Of a DNA stretch of 64,000 nucleotides, positions 9,501 through 21,500 are shown in pieces. The notes beneath the pieces were generated by a model. The model had not been told where the DNA came from and made no database searches. It saw only the letters and a list, made by a program, of their open reading frames with translations. This stretch comes from Podarcis filfolensis (taxonomy: Eukaryota), in assembly GCA_964270895.1 (NCBI GenBank), contig OZ185436.1; one strand, given 5' to 3'. Numbering within the stretch: position 1 is the first letter of the stretch; each line of letters opens with the position of its first letter. A program made the translations under genes and the position numbers.

Positions 9501-12500
9501 AATCATGATTTGTTTGCTGTGAAATAAACCATGACCCCAGGTTTGGACATAATGCTAAACCAGGGACTGCCATTTCTCGCTTCTGCTTGCACTGCTTGGG
9601 GAGGAGTGAATGAAACCTGTATATGCATTCATTTTAAGCCTTTAACTACAGTTTAGTGTAATGTGTGAATACAGCCAGTGTCTGCTAGTATGAGTATCCA
9701 ACACATCTGGGAGGAGTGGGAGTGAATGCTAGAGAGGAAGACACTAATCAAGACTCAGATTATACATAAGAAAGCAAAGAAATAATTTTGCTTCCCTCCA
9801 TCTTATGTGAAAAGACACATGCAGCACACTCAGCAATATTACTGTAACGCTCTGTTGAGGCCAAGCTGAAGCTCCTGCGCTCTTGCTCTGTGAAAAAGCA
9901 GGACTACACAGCAAACATCCTGCTTACTTACTTACCTTGAGGTACTTTTCTAGCATTTTCACAATGTGCTTGCTATTCAGAACACTCTTAGCTACGTGGA
10001 AACTAGCCTTCTTGAAATGTTCAGCTGCCATCTAGGAAGTGTAGAAACACAAGTCAATATGATGCCTAAGTAGAAAATAAGAATGCTGCAATTCTGGTTA
10101 TCTTCCTTATTTTACAGCCATCACTTTTGCGGCACTATGCACTCAAGACTTTGTAAAAGAAAAAATACTTAAGAGTAAATATGGTCAGTGAAAAGCTCTT
10201 GCCATAGACTTCCTGGTGATGCTTCTGCCTAGGCATTTTCAACTTACGTTACGCTGGAGCTAGGGTTTTGTTCTATATTTGGAGTATTTCTATAAAATGA
10301 CAAAAACAAAAAACAGCTCTTCCTCCAGCAGAAGCTTCTGCTGGATTGCAGTCCCTTCAACAAATGGAATAGCTTCAATGAACAGAAGGGCAACTCTGGA
10401 TCCAACACACGGTAATCAAAATGACGGAAGTTTATAAAAAGTGAGTATAGGACAGGAAACTAAAATATGCTTTATATGAACTAATAGATTTATTTGGGCA
10501 TCTTTACTACCAAAGGGGGCTTATTTCACTATCAGAAGTGTAACCAAAACCGAAATGAGGTTTCTATAGTGCTTTTATCCAACTGTTTATATTTAATAGT
10601 GCTTTACTGTATTGATATTTCATAAGGGAAACTTCAATACATACTGCATAAGTACAGAACCAATTTGCACCTTCTCTTCTTACACAATGAAGATACGTTG
10701 GCTAAATTTTCCTTCAGGCCAAAGTAGAAGCCGTTATATCCAAGTTTCAGTTGTAACATGGCAAGTTACACATGTGTCATCAAACTATTCAAGCGTTTAA
10801 CAAATGTAGGTGTAATCTATGTAGCCTATGTATTCCTCTATTCTGCCTATCACTGTTGCTAGCCCTATCACAGACTTAAGTCTTTCAGGGACTATAAGGA
10901 AAAATCAAGCACTGTAACTTTACTCATACTCCAATAAAGTTCTCCTCCTTTGTAGCTACAGGTGTCATTATTATGGTCTCTCAAACTGGAAAAACCATGC
11001 ATATTATTGGCACTTTTTAAAAAGTAGAGTGTACATAAAAGAATGTTTTGCTGAAACCTCACGAAAGTGGTCTGATAGTTTTCATATTTTGAAAAGGAGA
11101 TACAGAGACACTCATGCCCTTGAGCTAAGAGCCATGACTCACCCAGAAGGCATTCAAATCACCTGCACTTGCTTTTCCTATATAGTGCAATAACTCTTAG
11201 GTTGAGTCCCAGACACAGGAGAGAAAAGGGAGAGAGATTTTATGATGGCCATCAGGCAATGCCTTGCCCCACCCTCCAGCCTAAGAGCCTTCAGAATGGA
11301 GTTGCTCCCACAGGCATTATGTTTAAGTATCCTTTAGTGAACTGAATAGAGTGGAAGATTATGAGTCATGGAGGTGGTGAGGGTGTGTATGAATTAATCA
11401 GTCCTAAGATAATTTTTAATTGCTATTTTGCTAATGTTGCTAATATTGTTTTATACATTATGAATGTTGTGAATCCTATAATATACTTTTTGTTGTAACT
11501 GTGCTGTTTAGCTTTTTTTTAGTTCTTTTGTTAAGTGTTTTATGGATTTTAAATGTTTTATTGATGGTTTGTAACTTTTTTACTGATGAGTTGTTCATTA
11601 TTCTACATGCTTTATGTTGCTATCGTGATTTTCTATTAAGTTATTGTTATTTACTGTTTGTAAGCTGCTTTGCAATTTTTCTGAATGAAATGCTGCACAG
11701 AAATATATTCTAATCTATGCTATACTATCATTTATTAGCAACCAAAAAGCAGGTTAATCATGCCTTCATAAATAAGTTTTCAATTGTAATTGAGAAGCAA
11801 ATCCCAGATTTGAAAAAAGTGTCAGGCATATAATAGCAATCAATCAAAGAATTTCTAAGCCTGCATTACTAAACACACTAGCAAGTAAGCCCCATGCAGT
11901 TTGTGGGACTTGCTAAGCAAGCACACATGGACTGCTTTCTAAATCAATGCACTTCATTAATCAATCATATAGAAAATACTAATACTGCTTACTCTGCGAT
12001 TCCTGTTGTGATCAACAGACCTCAGGTGTCTCTGGAGAAGATGATGTTGTGCAGGAATTAGCATATCACAAGCCATACAATGAGCAGCATCTATCTTTTT
12101 AAAAAAGTGCTCCTGGCCAATTCCTGAAATGGTACAAACACAAATTAGATGCACACAACTGAACATAAACTATTAAAATGGTGTAGTATGTTATTTCTCA
12201 AGCAGTTGTTTTGACACCATTCCCAGAAATTGGCTACGTTAATCATTTTAAGCATACAAACTAAGAAACAGTTGGTCAGAGAAACTAGAAGAGAATTCAA
12301 AGGCCAATGCAAAAAACTCACTACAGCAATAATGGTCATGCCATTAAAAAACCCCCAGCTGCTACTGCAAAACTCCTCACAAGCATTAGCTCCTCTGTCC
12401 CTATAACATCCTAGTGCAACATGACCCAAACATAGGGGGAACTATTACAACAATGGCTATAACCTTGTTTTTTGGTCGAAACATCTCTCCTCTTAATAAC

Positions 12501-15500
12501 TGGGTACTCTCTAACTCACAGCAACAGTTAACAGCCTGCCTAATCCATCAGAAGGTGGTGGACTCACCTTCACTAGAGATTTTTAAGCAGTGTTTGTCGT
12601 GGATGCTTTAGTTGAGATTTCTGCACTGTACTTTCTAGGTGGTGGTTTGAGAATTCTTAATAGTGTTCCACTTACCTTTGAAAGGATCTGGTTTTTGTTT
12701 TGGACCGTCCTTCTCCGTTAGCTCTTGTCGGCGCTTCCCAATTTTCTTATTTCTGTTCACTATATATTTCTGGGGATTGTAAAGGAGAAAATATGTGTAA
12801 TCAGCTAAGTCACTGTCTCCAAAACTGAGTAAAAAGTCCAGCTAGAGGTGACATTGCAACTATACACTAATCACTCAAATTAGTGATCTCCAATCACTAT
12901 GTAGTTCACTGGATAACAGCTTCTTAACAGTTCTGTTTCAATCTTTCCTTCACACTTTCAGGTGGGACTCATCAACTTAAGCCCTAATGACCAACCAGTT
13001 AGACACTACTATCCAGAAATATGCTGCATTAACAAATTACTTGATAGTAACTTGACAAAAAACCTAGTTCAGGCTTCCTCAACCTCGGCCCTCCAGATGT
13101 TTTTGGCCTACAACTCCCATGATCCCTAGCTAGCTGGACCAGTGGTCAGGGATGATGGGAATTATAGTCTCAAAACATCTGGAGGGCTAAGGTTGAGGAA
13201 GCCTGACCTAGTTTAAGAAAAACTTACAAAAATAACCACTAGCAATTCTTTGGGCATTAATCACAATTACTGGATAGCAGAAGCAGTTCAGTTACCCGAT
13301 AGTTGTTTTTGTTCACAACTTAAAATCCCAAATAAGCATACCTGCAGGAATTCTACAGTCTTGTCAGGCAGTTTGGTCCCGATATATCGCAGGACCTCCT
13401 TGTGAAATTTGCTCTGTAGATGCTTCTCCATTTCTTCATCATCAAAGCTTCGGAATTTACATACAGAGCAAGCAAACTGGATTCTAAAGGAAGGCATTGA
13501 ATTTGATTTTTAGTACACATTATTTATGAAATTCAATACATAGAAAATAAATTCCATAAACTCAACTATTGTCCTAACAGAACCTAAGAAACTTTCTGTC
13601 TACCAGATTCCTTTGCTGCTTCAATCTAGGGTTGCACTGTTTGTTTATTATAGCAAACTATGCATAACTTTGCTACAATCTATTTTCATCTGGAGTTTAC
13701 TAATATTTTGAAATTATCTTGTAACAGCAATATCACAACATTAACAATGTAAGTTTTCATCACACAACACAAGAGTGCTGTAATTCTTCGGTTCAATCCA
13801 CAGGAGTTTCCATACACTAAGAAAGCATCTCTCCTGAAGAGCAGCAGTCCATTTCAACCAAGTTTTATAAAACAGGCATAAGACATAAAACCTTCTGGAC
13901 CTCCTTCACACCCCTGCTTGACTCATGTAATTCACCATTCTTCTTCCTCTACCCATGCCTCCAGGCCACACACACATGGAAAGGAGAAAAATGGGGGGGG
14001 GGACTACTCTAGGCAATTAAGGTTTTTAAGTTTCTCAAACTGAAGTGCCATCCTTAGAAACCACACACACACACAAACACAGTTATGGAAATACTGAAAT
14101 GCAATATTAGTTGATATAACCAATTAACCTTCCAGAAGAGTATTTGCCTGTATTACAGAATTACATACATTTTGGAAGGGAGGAAAAAGGAAAAAATGTG
14201 TTGAGCAAGCCTACTTAATCTGGAAACAATCAAAGATATAATCAGCCTTGTAGACATGTATGGGATGCAAGATGAAGTATTTACATTTTGATAAATGCAG
14301 AATTTTGGTGGGTAAAGGAGGACAGAGGAGTCACATAAAACATGGGCATGGCATGGGCAAGTCCTATAGAATCTCAGCTGGCTACCATTAAGCAACCATT
14401 ATTTTAATTAAATTATTAATTTCTACACTACCTTTTCAACTAGGTAGCCCAAAACAGTTCACAACGATTTTTTCAAATTGTTACTATTTGTACATTTTAT
14501 TAGCAATTTAAAAGACAATGTATGAAACTAAATTTTACATAGCAAGAGCCATTTGTTTTCCTTGAGCTGGAAAGCAAACTTGCAGGGTAGCAGGAAAAAA
14601 AAATTGTAGAAAGAGACAGCCCAAGAAACTTTAGTGAATATTCCTGGAGAAACAACAGAATGTTCTCAATTACCGCAGCCATATTTCGAAAGGCTACATA
14701 TAATGTGGGTTTAATTTTATGTATGAAGCAGAAATTTAAGTTAAAATGAATTTTAAGCCAAAGATGTTTAAAGATGTAAGAGTTCTAATCTGTTCAGTTA
14801 CCTGTCCATAGCACGATCACGCATTCGATCCCTCTGCCTCTGCTTCTCTTTTCTTTGTTTTGACTCTTCATCATCATCATCAATGCCATCACCAGATGCT
14901 ACAGGAAGTTAAATTTAAGGCAGTTCTTTAAGAACTAACGTTCAACTGCATTACAATGTCATGGGATGAAAATATTGTACCTTCTAATCTCTCCTCTCCT
15001 CTTTCCTTGACTTGCTTTTCTAAGGGTCAATTAAAGATCTACCATGTGAAGGCAATAAAAAAAGCACTTACCTCTATCAGTGTTTCATATGGCAAGTGTA
15101 ATTCACAAATATTATTTACATTATTCATTAAATTGCACTTTTTCAACACAGCCATAGCCTCCCTCATGATATACAACATAGGCATGAGGGCTATTCTCAT
15201 AAGAAATACTGCCACGGTGAAACTGCTTTCTGTTAGTCACGCTTATGTCAGTCCTCTGAATGGTTCTTAGCTAGTGCAGTGGAAGAAGGTGGAGTGGGGA
15301 ACAGTCACACTCATATCCCTAGTCAACTCTGAAGTTCACTGGGTTGCCTTGAGAAAGTCAATCTCAATCACAGGTTGAATGGACACTAACATTTCTCTCT
15401 GAGCTTCTTAGGAAGACAAGAGATACATAATAAATATCTTGTAATAAACAAACAGTAACAGAAGAAGAAAATTGAAACAATGTAGTCTCAAAAATAGTAA

Positions 15501-18500
15501 TATATGTTTCAACAACACAACACACACTACAACTATAAGAAATACATCCAGATGTGCTGAAACAGCTGGGTATACCTATACAGTTCACTAATATCTTTCT
15601 TTATGTTTCTATCAAGCTAAACAAATGGCCCAGGGAATGAAAACTGGTTACTGGACAACTAAGCCAACTAATAGGCATAGTGTGAATGTGCTGTCTACAG
15701 AGTCCCTGTCACGATGTATTAGCTAAGATTCCTGCATTGTAGGGGGTTGGACGAGATGACCCTTGGGGTCCCTTCCAACTCTATATGAGAGGTGGTTTCA
15801 GCCACTTTCCTGCTGCTGCATTGCACAGGGCTAAGCCATGGTCCAGCTTAGAATGTTATCCAAACTCGGCCTTCTGGTTAATCTTGCTCCATATGAAATA
15901 CAAACTGTAATCAAGATTTGTTCTTAGGTTTACACCTTAGGGCAAACTATAGCTTAGCTCAAGGCAGCACAGCAGAAGAACATCAGGTGAGGAGTCCATG
16001 TTCTCTTCTTCTGGAACCCTCACGCATCCATACTAAGTTACAAAACCCAGCTCATAATATGTAGATAATGCTAGAGCTTGGGACTGAAAAGAGTAGATTT
16101 TAGAGTATAGTATTTATTTACCCAATTAATATGTTATGGAATTCACTGTCACATGATGCAGTGATGACTATCAGCTTTAGATGGCTTTAAAACAGGAATT
16201 ATCACTAATTTGTTGAATATTGGCAAGAAAAACTAAAATTAAAAAAATTAAGCTGAGGATGATATAATATTTTCAGTTTTCAGAGACACCTGGCTAGTCA
16301 CTGCTTTTAAGGAAGATACATGAATGCTACAATACTATCTCCCCTAAGGTGTTAATATTGTTGTTACAAGTTTTTGAGTTCAAATTAATTTTAGCCAGTT
16401 GCATCTACAGTGGTACCTTGGGTTACGAACATAATTCGTTCCAGAAGTCCATTCTTAACCTGAAGCATTCTTAACCCGAGGCGCGCATTCCCTACATAGG
16501 CCTCCCGCGGCCCTGGAAGTGGATTGCGTTCATATTCGGGGTAAAGTTCGCAACCCGGGACACCTACTTCCGGGTTTGTAAGTTTGTAACCCAAAACATT
16601 CGTAAGCAGGACTGTTAGTAACCCGAGGTACCACTGTAATGGCCTCCATAGATGATCAGAATGGAATTCCTACCCACTCCACAATCCCGCATAACTTTCA
16701 AGTGGAAAGTTAATATAGGCTTGCCAAATGAATTAAACCCTACCTTTCCTCTTTCGATCTTCATTGCTTCTCTCATGCTCCTTTAAAAAAAGGGAGAGAG
16801 GGATTACACAAAGTAATTAATTTTACATCTCTTAAAAGCTCAATGTATGCTCAATATGCTGCATTACAATGTCAGCAATCCAAAACATTCATCACTTTAA
16901 ACGATCACTTCTGAAAATCCAGATACTTTTGAGAAAGTTACTTACACCTTTATCTCTTTCATCTCCTGATTTGTCCTCTCCTTCACCATTATCTGTCAAT
17001 ACACAAGACACCATTCAACTACTGTGAAAAGTTCATTTTATTTTATAGTCTAAACATAGCACTCTTCTGAGATCATTTAAAGTGGAAATTTGTTTTCCAT
17101 CTGCTGAGAAATTTACTTGCTAGCATATATTTCCCAACTCTTCTCCATCTTACTACAGAGATGCAGGCCATTTATTTATTTGGTGAACTGTAACATTGCC
17201 GTAAAGTACTATATTTTATAGTGGCACATCGAAGAGGTAGGATTTATAATGACATATTTAATAAATGATTAGAAGACAAATAGGTTGGTACCAAAGCAAA
17301 GGATGAGAAAAAAGGAGACTAGTCCCTAATGTAACAAAATCAAAACATTACCATTGTCAGAATAACCTCTTTCACTTTCTGTCTTTGTCTGTTTGCTGTC
17401 TGGTTCATCTCCACTTTGGGAATGTTTCCGTTTGCGTAATCCACTTTCAAAATCTGAATGCCCACCAAAACGACCACGGAATGGTCTTCTCTTTGGCTAG
17501 AAAGAAAAAAAGAGCAATACATGCTTGGCCAGTTTGTTGGCACTTGCCAGGACCCCAAGGAACGCATTAGTTTCCTGCTATAAATGTCCTCTTTCACAAA
17601 AATACATTTCATGCATTTCCTTAGTAAAGAATAAAGCCCAACCCATGCACCCAAGGAACACCCATATATCGCTACCTCACAAGCAGGCATTTTTTCAAGC
17701 AGTTCATCTCAGTTCCAATAAAACAAAAACATCACTATTTTGTCAATATCACTTCCAATTATTGCAATGAAAAATAAAAATAAATGGTGTTATATTATAC
17801 ATCCTACATAAAAATAAGACCATCTTCTCTTGTTGTTAATCAGTGAACCAATCTGATGATTTACAACTACTGAAACAGCTATAAATGTAAGAGTTCCTAA
17901 GGTTAGTGTGCTAAACTTACTCTGCCACGTGATCTGTTGAAGCCATAGGGCATGTTCCCAGGAAACCTTCCCATTCCCATTCCTTGCATTCCCATCATGC
18001 CGTAATCATAATCCCCATAGTTGCCATAGTCTCCGTAGTCTCCATAATCACCATAATCTCTATACTCTGGGACGAGTGCTTGGGAAAATAGTGATGGAAG
18101 CCGGTTGGGTCCAGGTCCTTCCATATTCCTTCCACCCATGTAATTCATCTCATTCCATTGTGCAGACATCCGTTCTGTACTTGATGGCATGAAGTGGTCA
18201 CGATTGAAAGTGTTTAGGTGCCCTCGATTCTGGGCCCTCCCTCTGGCAAAGCCATAGTTGTTTCCTCTGTTGCGGGGCTGATCTCTGCGGTCACCAACAT
18301 CATCATAGCGGCTTCCAAAAGAATCATTCCGATCTGATCCAACTTCATTATAGTCATAGCTGGTTCTGTACAGGTCACGATCAGGCACTGATGCTCTAGA
18401 GTCATAGGACTCATAAGACTCAAATCTGAAAGAGCTGTATTACAAGCAAAGAATTCAGTCAGTAGTTATAGAGGACTTGACAGGTAGTCCGAACAGACTT

Positions 18501-21500
18501 GGCACAGATACAAATTTGCATGCTGGAGGCCCTCTGAAAGTTTATTTGCTTCTCTACAAAGAAGGGGAAATAGCTTAGTGGTGGAGTACATGCTTTGCAC
18601 GCAGAAGGTTCCAAAGGTTGGAATCTCCAGGTAAAAAAAGACAAGTAAAAGGACTGAGAATGACCTTTACCAAAGAGCCTGGAAAGCTGCTCCTATTCAG
18701 AGAAGACAACACTGAACTAGATAGATCAATGATCTGACTCTGCATAAAACAGCTTTATATGTTCACTGTATTGGAATAAGGAGCAACGCATTCTACAACA
18801 AAAGTAGAAGGAAACAACCTGTATCTGTTAGACAACCAGGGACCCTTACAAATTATGAAAGTTATATAACATGTATTTTCTATGTGGTTTCAAGGCACTA
18901 TTATGAAAACCCTGTTTGAAAATCTCTTGTTGAGCTGATGCCTCAACAAGAGAAGGCAGCAGACCCTCTCTTCAACAGGTTGCCTTCTCTTGCATGAAAG
19001 CTTTGTCATCAGAAACTATAGCATTTGTTTAACTGTACCAATGTTAAGCTACTATCTACATATCAAGTAATGAATATTGTTCTACCAATTCTTGTTTTTA
19101 ACAAATTAAAGTTCAATTGAGAACTAGAAATATGTTTTTCAGAGATGAGGAGAATCTTTATTTACCTTCCCTGATCTTCCATGCCTTCCCCAGGACCACC
19201 ACTGCCTTCCTTTGACAGCATATCCAGACGCTGGTTTATTTTTGCTATAATGGAGTCAGAGTTTTCTGTGCCCACTGCCCCACTACCATAATTTACAACT
19301 GGCATGCGAGAGCCCATCTCAGCACTCATTGTCATGTCGGTAGCTTTAGGAGCGTCCCAGGTAGTTGCAGCAACACTGGCAGCATCATAGTTGTATGGGG
19401 CAGCTGTAGTAGAGCTGCTGGTTTGGGTGCTGTAATAATCATAGCCTTCATAGCCTGGAAAAAAGGAAAGACAATAGTACAGTAAAAATGGGGGCTCTGA
19501 GTTTCAAGTGTCAATCTTATCTATGGAAACCATCACCAAAGCCAACACTCATACACACTTGAAAACAACTGTCAGATACAAACATTAATAGGCCACCACT
19601 GCCCACTGCCACAAGACCAATGAAGAGTTATTGCTTTAGTTATGTGCCCACAATTAAAGAGGTGGAGATTTTAGGTGTGTTATTATCATTTTACTTCTAT
19701 AAAAGCAAATGTAACCCACCCCATTTTCCTTGAAAGAAGAGCAGTATAAAAGTTAAAAACACTACATGATCTACATCACACATTGTTTTGTATACTACAA
19801 GCTGAATTCTGCAGATTATTTCTGTGTGTATGTGTTTCACTTGAGTTTGTGGCTGATGAGGCTGTTTGCTCAGGATTGAAGGGGTTAATTCTCTATTTGT
19901 GGCAGAATGGTACCTGAATAGATTCTCATCAGGACAGAAACATGCCCGTGACTGCCTAAAGTTCTGATTTCCTCAGAAGAGGTCAAGGCCCCCTCACTGT
20001 CCCCCTTCTACAGCTCCCCGCCACTGCCCCACCATGGGCTCTCACTTTCTCCTCTTGTAACTTTCTGCCTCCTGTTCTCCCTTCAGCTTTGCTTCATTTG
20101 TCAATTAGCAGCTATATTAAAATCTTGGATTTCTCCAATGATTTCTATGAGAGGCTCTCATTTCCAACCCTGGGTCTAATTAAGAATAATTTTCCAATGT
20201 GTGGATAGGCTATTCCCCAGTTTACAATGAAATGGTTCTTTGTGCTGTTTTTGTATCTATATCTCTCTTCCTCCATCCCTTTCTCTCCATCCACTGGACG
20301 TAGAAGGGAAAGAAGGGGAATGGGGAAAAAGTATAAATATAATGGTCAGCTTCCACTCTCCCTAATTCCTACTAAACTTCCCTTCTCTCTCGGTTAGCTT
20401 CTCTTGCATTCCTGCCAGTTTTGAAGCCCCCCTTCAAGAGCCACTTCCATCCCTCTTCCTCCAATCCTCACCGCCAACTTTTAAGATTCTGTAACTACTA
20501 AGCACACTCAGCCTTCACTGGGCCTTTTCAGGGATCCACCCAGATAGTTTTGACTTTTTAAACATGTCTGTGCTTTTGCAAACCTCTGGGTTCCCCTAAG
20601 CATGCTGATACTCAATGGCCCTTTTTTAGCTACAAAGTTGTTGTAACTCTGGAGCCAAGTTCTGCTTTAGGAGGAGTGATGCAAATTCAAATTCTAACTT
20701 ATATAATGCCTCTAAATGTTCCAGTCAGTTATTCTTATTAATTCTGAGAAAATTAGCAAAATATTTAAGATAGTACTGCAAATAAAACACATACCTTGCC
20801 AACTTGCTGGATTTGTTGAATAGCCACCTTTTAAAGAGACAAAAGTTTACTTCTACATTAAACACGTCAATCAAAGCGATGTTAACACAACACAGATTAA
20901 GTTCTTTCACAAGGCAAGCAATTTAAAACAATTTTCAATGAATTAGTTCTTTGACAGCAACGCAATAAAACACAAGTGATGTGTTAAAGAGTTAAGTACA
21001 CATATATAGGCAATATCCACCATCATACCAGAGGACTTCCCCTTCCTCTCCTCTACCTGCAGCTACTCACACCTCTCAATCTACTCTAAAATCACCCAAC
21101 TCTCTGGAGCAGATTTCAGAAGTGCATGGGGGCTGCAGAGGGGGAGGAAAGGGGAAATTAGTTGCCCAAATAGCTAAAACCATTGGACATCTCCTATACA
21201 AAATAAAATCCTCTCAATATATTGTCCCCAAAGTAGAAGTTCAAGACTGCTCAGGACCTTTAAAAAAATATTATTTGTGACCTATGCTTAAGAGAAGCAT
21301 ATTTATAAACACACTTATGCTCAACATTCTTAAGGTTATCTTCTATTTCTTTTCTAAACTTTTTATTTTAGGAGATCATGACTTACCTTGAGTACTGGTG
21401 GCCTCAGTACCCCAGGAACTATAACCTGTAAGAGAAATATTGACTCATTAACTCACAGAAACACACATTAACTTCTCCCCTCCCAGACTCTCTCTCTTAA

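Noticed and set aside
18564-18630. tRNA-like sequence (also near 2500, 4490, 24240, 52255)
   Set aside because: SINE heads with degenerate boxes, no complete cloverleaf, continuing into SINE bodies.
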